Assembly (NCBI GenBank): GCA_964643355.1
Contig: CAZXPW010000025.1
Span: 20,562-44,561, forward strand
From: an uncultured Pirellulales bacterium
GTDB lineage: Bacteria > Planctomycetota > Phycisphaerae > Sedimentisphaerales > Anaerohalosphaeraceae
Direction: 5' to 3'
DNA length: 24,000 nucleotides
Position 1 is the first letter of the stretch; each line of letters begins with the position of its first letter. The notes below the pieces were generated by a model, which searched no databases, had not been told where the DNA came from, and saw only the letters and a list, made by a program, of their open reading frames with translations. Of this stretch, positions 1-7,105 are shown piece by piece. The position numbers were made by a program, and so were the translations under genes.

Positions 1-96
1 CCGTGGCTCAAGCATATTTTCGCATGGACATTCGTCCTGATCCTTATGCTGGGCATCGGCCAAGCCGTCGTCAATCGAACTCGGAAAGGAATCTGA
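1..96 (+). CDS. 3' end of an upstream gene (partial), C-terminal hydrophobic helix
   Basis: Frame 1 is open from the window edge to TGA at 94-96 (PWLKHIFAWTFVLILMLGIGQAVVNRTRKGI*). It contains a TM-like stretch. The stop lies 1 nt before the next ATG, with the SD-like GGAAAGGA at 83-90 inside its end. Confidence 0.35.
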   Translation, partial: PWLKHIFAWTFVLILMLGIGQAVVNRTRKGI

Positions 97-97
97 A

Positions 98-1126
98 ATG
101 AACCATCGATACGCCCTCGGATTCATCGCTTTGTTTGCGGTGACGGGTTGCCAGGCCTCTCCGGCCAATCCACCGAAAACAACCGTATCCCCCGCGACCC
201 AGGCAATCATCACCCCGCAAGTCCGGGAAACTGCTCTTGAGATCATCCGCAAAGGTCTTCGAGACCGAAACGGCTATATTCGCAATGCGTGCATCGAGGT
301 AGTGGTGACAACACATCGGGAGGAAATGATGCCGCTGGTCACTCCGTTACTGCGGGATCCCCTTGTACCGGTTCGGTTTTCCGCGGCTCTGGCCGTGGGG
401 GAAATGCCCTATCGACCGGGCCGAGCGGCGATGGAGTCTCTGTTGGGGGATGTCAACCCGAATGTCCGGCTGGCGGCGGCCTATTCCCTTGTGAAACTGG
501 GAAAACCTCAGTATTTGGATCTCATTCTTCAAGGGGCAAAGAACTCGGATCAGACCGTGCGATCCAATGCGGCGATGCTGATCGGCAAGCTCGGCGACAA
601 GGCCAACCTTCCGGTTTTGCACCAGATCTTGCAGGACATGGAATCCTCGGACAAGGCCCGGCTGGCAGCGGTGGAATCCATGGCCCTGCTGAAAGACCCG
701 ACGGCCTATAAAAACCGCCTTTGGCCGTTGCTGATCAGCAAACACCCGGACGATCGGATCATTGGGATTCGGGGGATGGCGGCAATGGGAACCGCAGAAA
801 GCCGGGACGCGATCGTGACGATGCTGGATGACGATCTGGTAGAGGTTCGGCTCTGTGCGGCCGAGCAGTTAGCCCGGATCGGGGACAAGTCCGGCCAGTC
901 GGAGGTCCTCAAGTACCTGACCCATCAGCCGGCCGCGGAAATCGAAATCGGTATCGCCGATACCTTTGCCACGCTGGCAATCGGACGAATCGGAACCCCG
1001 GAATTGGCCGCGCATCTGCCCAAGCGCCTGCAGAGTTCCAGACCCCTGCAACAGATCTACGCCGCCCAGGCGGTCTTGATGCTGTCGGCGACAAATCCGC
1101 CGGGGAGTTCAGCGACGACTCAATAA
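98..1126 (+). CDS. HEAT-repeat lipoprotein (PBS-lyase/HEAT_2-like repeats)
   Basis: N-terminus MNHRYALGFIALFAVTGCQ carries a signal peptide plus lipobox (VTGC). The body is iterated ~30-aa units of the type D.N..VR..AA.ALG.(L/I)G typical of HEAT-like repeats (e.g. DPLVPVRFSAALAVGEM, DVNPNVRLAAAYSLVKLG, SDQTVRSNAAMLIGKLG, DDLVEVRLCAAEQLARIG). Confidence 0.8.
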   Translation: MNHRYALGFIALFAVTGCQASPANPPKTTVSPATQAIITPQVRETALEIIRKGLRDRNGYIRNACIEVVVTTHREEMMPLVTPLLRDPLVPVRFSAALAVGEMPYRPGRAAMESLLGDVNPNVRLAAAYSLVKLGKPQYLDLILQGAKNSDQTVRSNAAMLIGKLGDKANLPVLHQILQDMESSDKARLAAVESMALLKDPTAYKNRLWPLLISKHPDDRIIGIRGMAAMGTAESRDAIVTMLDDDLVEVRLCAAEQLARIGDKSGQSEVLKYLTHQPAAEIEIGIADTFATLAIGRIGTPELAAHLPKRLQSSRPLQQIYAAQAVLMLSATNPPGSSATTQ

Positions 1127-1269
1127 GACGACGAAACCGGCTTTCCCGGAGAATCAATCCGCCATGGCAATACGGATCTCCGACGGCTGGCTGAATATCG
1201 GGCCCCGGATGGAAAAAAGCGAGACAACGCCGCCGGCCAAGAATCTCTTGGCGGGGAATAAAATTTGTC

Positions 1270-1298
1270 TTGACCTGATTTTGCGATTCGCATAGAAT
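1270..1298 (+). promoter_or_regulatory. Candidate sigma70-type promoter of the coiled-coil/mreBCD-mrdA operon
   Basis: TTGACC (1270-1275), a 17-nt spacer, then TAGAAT (1293-1298), in the 256-bp gap after the HEAT gene. It sits ~85 nt upstream of the TTG start at 1383. A GC hairpin AACCGGCC-GGAC-GGCCGGTT (1326-1345) lies in the predicted leader. Confidence 0.45.
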
Positions 1299-1382
1299 TC
1301 GACACCGAATTGTCGGGTAAACATAAACCGGCCGGACGGCCGGTTCGCTGGATGGTTTCTGAATTCGCGAAAGGAGCACAGT

Positions 1383-2246
1383 TTGAGCGTCCTCACTAAG
1401 GTATTGATTGTGCTGTTGTCGTTTTTCTCCCTGTTCCTGTGCGGAATGGTTGTCACCTATGTCAGCACGGCCGAGAATTTCAAGGTCAAGTACAACGAGC
1501 AGAAAACCCTCAATGTTGACCTCGAACAACAGCGAATGTCCATGGAACGGTTGCTCAAGGAACAGAACAACCTGATTAAGGACAAGATCGCCGCCTACGA
1601 AGGCGATATCCAGAAGCTGCGCGATGAAAATGTCCAGCTCGAACTGGAAAAACGAAACGCCGAGCGGACCAGCTTAAGCCATCAGAGCCGCGCCGACAGT
1701 TGGCAGGGGCTGGTCAACAGCTTCTCAAAAACCATCGCCAATCTGGAAGAAACGCTGAAGAATACGCAAGCCCAACTGGACAAGGCACGCCAGGGCGAGA
1801 TCAAGGATCGCAAGGAACTTAGCGAAATCACGGCCAGTTTATACGAGAAAATCGTGCAGCTCGAAGCTCTGGAAGCCAAGAGCAGACGATTCCTTGAGCA
1901 AAAGAAGGAACTGGAGGACCGACTTACCCGGTTGACATCGACGCCGGCCGAGCCGGTCACGGCGACGCCGGTCACGCAGGAAAAGACCAATGTCGTCTCC
2001 GCCGCTCCCATTCCTTCCTCTGTGGATCTCAAGGGGCTGATTACGGAACTGAATGAATCGATGGCGACCCTGTCGTTGGGAACGGCCGACGGCGTTACCA
2101 AGGACATGGTATTCCATGTCACCCGTGGCGATTCGTTTATCTGTGACATCGTCATCACCAGCGCCGACATCAACAAGTCGGCCGGGGTCGTGGAATTGAA
2201 ACAAAGAGAGCCGAAAGTCGGCGATACCGCCAGTACGAAGCTATAA
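1383..2246 (+). CDS. N-terminally membrane-anchored coiled-coil protein with small C-terminal beta-rich domain (hypothetical)
   Basis: TTG start preceded by AAGGAG (1371-1376). TM helix VLIVLLSFFSLFLCGMVVTYV. About 150 aa of heptad-like charged sequence (LEQQRMSMERLLKEQNNLIKDKIAAYEGDIQKLRDENVQLELEKRN...). C-terminus LSLGTADGVTKDMVFHVTRGDSFICDIVITS...VGDTAS. Stop lies 2 nt before the next ORF, same strand as mreB. Confidence 0.75.
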   Translation: MSVLTKVLIVLLSFFSLFLCGMVVTYVSTAENFKVKYNEQKTLNVDLEQQRMSMERLLKEQNNLIKDKIAAYEGDIQKLRDENVQLELEKRNAERTSLSHQSRADSWQGLVNSFSKTIANLEETLKNTQAQLDKARQGEIKDRKELSEITASLYEKIVQLEALEAKSRRFLEQKKELEDRLTRLTSTPAEPVTATPVTQEKTNVVSAAPIPSSVDLKGLITELNESMATLSLGTADGVTKDMVFHVTRGDSFICDIVITSADINKSAGVVELKQREPKVGDTASTKL

Positions 2247-2248
2247 CC

Positions 2249-2395
2249 ATGAACGGAAAACAACGAACGATATCGACCAGCGCCGCCTATGAGATCCTTT
2301 TGGCGCTGACGCTTCTGGCCGTCGTGATCACCGTGATCCTCGTCGCCGTCAAGTGCCAGACCCAGTATGGGACGATTTTCAAAATCCTCAATTGA
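2249..2395 (+). CDS. Small single-pass membrane protein, 48 aa (below the ORF-track cutoff)
   Basis: Hand translation: MNGKQRTISTSAAYEILLALTLLAVVITVILVAVKCQTQYGTIFKILN*. ATG at 2249 is 2 nt after the upstream stop. Clear 20-aa hydrophobic core and G/C-biased third codon positions like its neighbours. Confidence 0.5.
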   Translation: MNGKQRTISTSAAYEILLALTLLAVVITVILVAVKCQTQYGTIFKILN

Positions 2396-2494
2396 CGAGG
2401 TCACGGTCCGCAGGAGCTGTGTCAGGGACGGTTTTCCGGACCGGGAGGGTGCTGGAAACACAGTGACCGTGAATGGATTAGAAGGGAATCGCAG

Positions 2495-3550
2495 GTGATA
2501 CTCGACACGATCTTGGGCTGGTTCAGCGTCGATATGGGAATCGACTTGGGTACCTGCAATACGCTGGTGTGTGTCCGCAACGAAGGCATCGTTTTGAATG
2601 AACCCTCCGTCGTGGCCGTTCGCAAAGGCACCAACATCGTCCTGAACAACGGCGAGGCCGTGGGAATCGTCGCCCGCGAGATGCTCGGCAAGACGCCCGG
2701 CTCCATCACCGCCATCCGCCCCCTCAAAGACGGCGTCATCAGTGACTTCGAGATCACCGAAGCCATGCTCAGCTATTTTATCCGAAAGGTACACGGCCGC
2801 GGCGGCCTGGTTCGGCCACGCGTGGTCATCGCCGTGCCCAGCGGGATCACGGCCGTTGAGCGGCGGGCCGTCATCGACAGCGCCGAACGGGCCGGAGCCC
2901 GCAAGGTCTATCTGGTCGATGAACCCATGGCCGCCGGCATCGGCGCCGGATTGCCGATCACCGAACCGACGGCGTCGATGATCGTCGATATCGGAGGCGG
3001 CACGACCGAAGTGGCCATCATGAGCTTGGGCGACATCAGCGTCTGCCAGTCGATTCGCATTGGCGGCGACGACTTCGATGAGTCTTTGATCAACCATCTC
3101 AAGCGGACCTACAATCTTCTCATCGGCGAGCCGCGGGCCGAACAAGTCAAGATCCAGATCGGCTCGGCCGCCCCGCTGGAACAGGAAATGACCATGGAGA
3201 TCGCCGGTCGAGACACGATTTCCGGCTTGCCGCGCAAGATCGTCATCACCAGCGAAGAAATCCGAGAGGCCTTCCGAGAACCCATCGCCGGAATTATTGA
3301 AACGGTCATGCGAACGCTGGAAAAGGCCGAACCGGAACTGGCCGCCGATCTGATCGAAAATGGAGTGCACATTGCCGGAGGCGGGTCGCTTTTGCGGGGG
3401 ATGGACACGGTCTTGGCCAACGCCACGGGTTTGAAGGTCATCCATGTGGACGACCCGCTGTCTTGCGTAGCCAGAGGAACCAGCGTTTTCCTGGAGAACC
3501 TGGAGATCTGGAAAAACGCCCTCGACGACGGGGGAAGGACCTGGGAATAA
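2495..3550 (+). CDS. mreB: Rod-shape-determining actin homologue MreB
   Basis: GTG start with AAGGGA SD at 2482-2487. Sequence MGIDLGTCNTLVCVRNEGIVLNEPSVVAV, then DEPMAAGIGAGLPI and VDIGGGTTEVA, are the actin/HSP70-fold phosphate and adenosine motifs in the MreB arrangement. Short N-terminal amphipathic peptide MILDTILGWF. Confidence 0.95.
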   Translation: MILDTILGWFSVDMGIDLGTCNTLVCVRNEGIVLNEPSVVAVRKGTNIVLNNGEAVGIVAREMLGKTPGSITAIRPLKDGVISDFEITEAMLSYFIRKVHGRGGLVRPRVVIAVPSGITAVERRAVIDSAERAGARKVYLVDEPMAAGIGAGLPITEPTASMIVDIGGGTTEVAIMSLGDISVCQSIRIGGDDFDESLINHLKRTYNLLIGEPRAEQVKIQIGSAAPLEQEMTMEIAGRDTISGLPRKIVITSEEIREAFREPIAGIIETVMRTLEKAEPELAADLIENGVHIAGGGSLLRGMDTVLANATGLKVIHVDDPLSCVARGTSVFLENLEIWKNALDDGGRTWE

Positions 3551-3623
3551 TTCCCCCTTTCGCAGGAATTTCCCCCCCCCCAAACCCGGTTCAGCCCGGA
3601 CCCGTTTCGGCCGATAGTACAGT

Positions 3624-4487
3624 ATGGCACAGCATTTGAACATTTCGCGCGGAACCATGTTTTTTGTCCTCCTGACAGCGGGGATCCTGCTGCAGATCGC
3701 GGACCACAATAGCACCAAGGTCCTTGCGTATCGATTTCAGCGGCTTGCCGATCCCGTACTTCGAATCGGCCGAACGATCCAACCGGCCGGCACAACCGCA
3801 TCGAAGGATCATCCAGGCCAGTCGATTTCAAAGGCCGATTACACCAAACTCCAAACGCAATATGACAACTTGCATGCCGAGTTGCTGGAACTGAGACAGC
3901 GTTACTCGGAATTGGCCCGTATCCGATCGATCCTTCCCGAACCCGGCTCGGCACTGATCGTCGCGGATGTCGTCCAGACGGCAATCACGCCCACGCAAAG
4001 GGAACTGGTCCTGGATCTTTCCGGACAACCTGCAGTCGTCAAACCGGGTCAATATGTCATCGGTGACGACACGATCATCGGCACCATCAGCGATGTGTAC
4101 TCCTCCAGGGCCCGGGTTCGACTGGTGGCGGATGCTCGGCATTTCTTGCCGGCGGGAATCCGGACGGAGGGCGCGGGCAGTTTCATTCCGGCCCAGATCT
4201 GCGGAGCCGGCGATGGGACCTGCAAAATTCCGCTATTGCCACGAAAAGAACACGACATTCAACCGGGCCATGCCGTGTATGCGATGAAGCGGACGGGATT
4301 TCTGGACACCCCCCTTCTGATCGGAAAAGTTTCGGCCGTCCAGCCCGATGAAAAACAACCATTGCTGTGGGATATCACCGTCCAGCCGGTTTGCCAACCC
4401 GAGACGCTGGCAACGGTGGCGGTTATCGTGATGGATCCGATCGATCCAAGCAAATCCGAACGACCGGAAGGAAAGAAATCCCAATGA
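3624..4487 (+). CDS. mreC: Rod-shape-determining protein MreC
   Basis: Position directly after mreB. N-terminal TM (MFFVLLTAGILLQI) and coiled coil (YTKLQTQYDNLHAELLELRQRYSELARI). Beta-barrel region with GQYVIGDDTIIGTISDVYSSRARVRLVAD, typical of MreC. ATGA overlap with the next gene. Confidence 0.85.
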   Translation: MAQHLNISRGTMFFVLLTAGILLQIADHNSTKVLAYRFQRLADPVLRIGRTIQPAGTTASKDHPGQSISKADYTKLQTQYDNLHAELLELRQRYSELARIRSILPEPGSALIVADVVQTAITPTQRELVLDLSGQPAVVKPGQYVIGDDTIIGTISDVYSSRARVRLVADARHFLPAGIRTEGAGSFIPAQICGAGDGTCKIPLLPRKEHDIQPGHAVYAMKRTGFLDTPLLIGKVSAVQPDEKQPLLWDITVQPVCQPETLATVAVIVMDPIDPSKSERPEGKKSQ

Positions 4488-5011
4488 AAGGGTCTCGATT
4501 CATCTTGATTTTGCTGACCGTGACGCTGTTAAACGCCGGACAATGGATGGGGATCTTGGCCGTGGGTCAACAGCAGATCCGCCCGGACTTGTTGCTGATC
4601 GCGATGGTTTTCTTCGCCGGAAACTGCGCAACCGGCGAGGCGATGTACGCCTCGTTCCTGATCGGACTGGCGGCGGATCTGTCTTCCGAAACGGCGACGA
4701 TCGGACCATGTATTCTGAGCTTCGGAATTTTCGGGACCTTGCTGTCCCAGATCCGACGGGTGGTGGTAATGCAACGAGTCGTATTTCAGGCCGTAACGAT
4801 TTTCATGATGTCTCTGTTGATCCTGCCGACAATGTACTTGCTCATCCGCGCCAAAACCGGTCAGGGCTTGTCTCATCCGATGTCGGCGATCCTCGGACAA
4901 GCCGCGTATAATGCGATCGTCGGACCGATTTTCTGGAAAGCGTTGTCCATGTTGGAAGGATGGCTGGGGCTCCACCAGCCGCCGCCATATTCGATGCGCC
5001 GTTATGTATAA
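4484..5011 (+). CDS. mreD: Rod-shape-determining protein MreD (polytopic membrane protein)
   Basis: ATG at 4484 overlaps the mreC stop (ATGA). 175 aa, almost entirely hydrophobic helices (FILILLTVTLL..., LLLIAMVFFAG..., ASFLIGLAADL..., ILSFGIFGTLL..., AVTIFMMSLLILP...). Canonical mreBCD order. The track ORF from 4367 is an in-frame upstream extension inside mreC. Confidence 0.75.
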   Translation: MKGSRFILILLTVTLLNAGQWMGILAVGQQQIRPDLLLIAMVFFAGNCATGEAMYASFLIGLAADLSSETATIGPCILSFGIFGTLLSQIRRVVVMQRVVFQAVTIFMMSLLILPTMYLLIRAKTGQGLSHPMSAILGQAAYNAIVGPIFWKALSMLEGWLGLHQPPPYSMRRYV

Positions 5012-7070
5012 GCAGCGATTGAACTTGTGCGTATATCTGGTCTTGTCCGCCGCGGGGGTGTGCCTGGTACGGCTGGCCTATTTGCAAATCGTTTGCAGAG
5101 ACTCCAGCCGGGCGTCAATGGTTCGTCGAGAGGAGTATCGACCGATTTCGCTGCCGACCATCCGCGGTTCGATCCTTGACCGACAGGGCCGAACCCTGGC
5201 GTATGACAGCCCGGCTTTCTATCTGCATATCAACTACCGGTTGACCCGTCTTCTGGACGATCGTTTCTGGGAAACGATGATCCAATCGGAACTGGGCAAC
5301 GACAAAACCCGAGATCAGGTCGAACTGGACTTGCACAACGAATACGCCAAGGACAAGGCCGACCTGGAGCAACTGCTGCAGCTTTGTGCGACGATCCGCA
5401 ATTGCGATCCCGACGAGATTCGCGAGATTCTGCGTTCCACCAACGAGACTATCTGGCGACTTCGAAGACATCTGGCGTGGCGCAGAAAATTCCCCGACGC
5501 ATTCAATATTCCCGATGTTGAAAAAGACAAGGTGTTGACGCCTTCCGACATTCTGAAAATCGACATTGTCGAGATGCACAAGAGTTATCCGGTCATTGAG
5601 CTGGCAACTGAACAGCAGCGATATCGGGTCCAGGTCGAAACGGCCGGTATGGCCGATGTCGAGATCCTGCCGGAACCCAAACGCATCTATCCCTTCGGGG
5701 GTTCGGGATGCCAGATCATCGGCTGGGTGGGACCGGCACAGTCCCAGGAAAACGCCCTGTTTCCGGAGGACGAGTATGTCCGGTATCTGCCCAACGAAGT
5801 CTCGGGAAAGGATGGCGTGGAGCGGATCTGCGAGGCGATCCTTCGCGGTCGTCGAGGCGAGGTCACCTACGACAAACAAGGCGACATCCTGGATAAGAAA
5901 AACTCCCTGTTCGGCAAGGATGTCCAGATAACGCTGGACATTCTCCTGCAAAAAAAGATTGAGCAGATTCTCTCCGATCCGAATGATGAAACCGGCCCCA
6001 GCCCGGGGATGGCGGTGGTGGTGATGGATGTCGCCAGCGGAGAGATCCTGGCGATGGTCTCGCGTCCGACTTATGATCTCAATCAAGTCCGCGAAGAATA
6101 TGCCCGATATGTGAAAGATCCCCGCAAACCGCTGACCAATCGTTGTCTGGCGGAACATTATCCCCCCGGTTCTTCCATCAAGCCGATTATTCTTTTGGCC
6201 GGGCTCGAAGACAAAAAGATCGCCGCCAATGAAGCCATTTCCTGCCCGGCGCAACCCGCCGAACCCGGCTGGCCGAACTGTCTGCTGTTTCGCCAGTTCC
6301 ATAGTTGCCACGACTGGAAATGGGACAATATCGCCCGCAATGCCGTTCGCGGAAGCTGCAATGTCTATTTTTCTCGTCTGGCCAACCGGCTGGAGGGTTC
6401 CTCGCTGCAACGATGGTTGTGGGAATTCGGATTCGGGCGGCGAATCCTGCCCGGGCCGGAATTGGAGCCGTACCTCCGACAGCAGATCCAGGGGCCGGAT
6501 CGGTTTTTCCCCGAATCGCCGGGGATTATCTCGACTCAGCCGGTCTTCGATCGTGCGGCCGAACTCAGCGACATCCCCCCCATGCCGGCGACGGAAAAAC
6601 GATGGTTCGGCATCGGCCAAGGCAATCTGCGCGTGACGGTACTCCAGGTGGCCAACGCCTATGCGGCGATGGCGCGGGGCGGCGTTTTTAAGAATCCGCG
6701 GCTGTTTGTCTCCGATGAAACCCCCACCGGCGACGCAGACAAACCAATGAGACTCTCACGGGCCTCGCTTGCGGTGGCCCTGGATGGAATGCATGCGGTG
6801 GTCTATGAAGAAGGCGGAACCGCATACAAAATCTTCGCCGGCAGCGATTTCGACAAACGATCGATGACGATTTACGGAAAGACCGGATCGACCGAACGAC
6901 CCTATCATGCTTGGTTCGCCTGTTGGGCGACGGACCCTTCGGGGCGCGCCGTCAGCGTGGCGATCCTGGTCGAAGGTGGGGCCAGCGGAGCCCGTGATGC
7001 CTGTCCCATCGGAAAAAAAGTGCTGGAAGTGTGCAACGAATTCGATTATATCGGCACACCGTTGCGATAA
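5004..7070 (+). CDS. mrdA: Class B penicillin-binding protein 2 (elongasome transpeptidase)
   Basis: ATG at 5004 overlaps the mreD end by 8 nt. N-terminal TM YLVLSAAGVCLVRLAYLQIV. Transpeptidase triad SSIK (PPGSSIKPI), SCN (GSCNVYF) and KTGS (YGKTGSTE). Follows mreD as in many bacteria. Confidence 0.9.
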   Translation: MYKQRLNLCVYLVLSAAGVCLVRLAYLQIVCRDSSRASMVRREEYRPISLPTIRGSILDRQGRTLAYDSPAFYLHINYRLTRLLDDRFWETMIQSELGNDKTRDQVELDLHNEYAKDKADLEQLLQLCATIRNCDPDEIREILRSTNETIWRLRRHLAWRRKFPDAFNIPDVEKDKVLTPSDILKIDIVEMHKSYPVIELATEQQRYRVQVETAGMADVEILPEPKRIYPFGGSGCQIIGWVGPAQSQENALFPEDEYVRYLPNEVSGKDGVERICEAILRGRRGEVTYDKQGDILDKKNSLFGKDVQITLDILLQKKIEQILSDPNDETGPSPGMAVVVMDVASGEILAMVSRPTYDLNQVREEYARYVKDPRKPLTNRCLAEHYPPGSSIKPIILLAGLEDKKIAANEAISCPAQPAEPGWPNCLLFRQFHSCHDWKWDNIARNAVRGSCNVYFSRLANRLEGSSLQRWLWEFGFGRRILPGPELEPYLRQQIQGPDRFFPESPGIISTQPVFDRAAELSDIPPMPATEKRWFGIGQGNLRVTVLQVANAYAAMARGGVFKNPRLFVSDETPTGDADKPMRLSRASLAVALDGMHAVVYEEGGTAYKIFAGSDFDKRSMTIYGKTGSTERPYHAWFACWATDPSGRAVSVAILVEGGASGARDACPIGKKVLEVCNEFDYIGTPLR

Positions 7071-7105
7071 TGGATTGGAGTCAATCGGACGACGAGAACG
7101 CTCGT

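Noticed and set aside
3572-3581. C10 homopolymer tract in the mreB-mreC intergenic spacer
   Set aside because: It could in principle be a slipped-strand phase-variation tract. However, it is non-coding, not between promoter elements that I can identify, and sits inside an essential operon. It is more likely incidental or an assembly-sensitive homopolymer.
1682-3718. 678-aa ORF on the - strand, the longest in this part of the window
   Set aside because: It lies antisense to the coiled-coil gene, mreB and the start of mreC, all of which have unmistakable motifs. Its translation is Arg/Gly/Asp/His-rich with no recognisable domain, which is typical of a stop-poor antisense frame in GC-biased coding DNA.
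4367-5003. Longer N-terminal extensions offered by the ORF track for mreD (4367) and PBP2 (4911). The same issue arises at 11985 (LTxxQ), 15525 (PEP-CTERM), 17320 (ATPase), 18836 (kinase-like) and 23258 (ThuA-HEAT).
   Set aside because: The extensions overlap upstream genes or promoter regions and encode non-protein-like leaders. They precede internal ATGs that give proper TM or signal peptides, SD motifs or ATGA/GTGA coupling, so the downstream starts were preferred.
5115-6620. 501-aa - strand ORF inside the PBP2 region
   Set aside because: It is antisense to mrdA, which carries the SxxK/SxN/KTG triad. Its composition is R/G/D/Q-rich with no motifs, so it is a shadow ORF.
7071-7105. Possible terminator between mrdA and ftsI
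   Set aside because: There is only a 5-bp stem (ACGAG/CTCGT) with no flanking U/A runs. That is too weak to call as a terminator feature, so it is mentioned only in the convergence finding.
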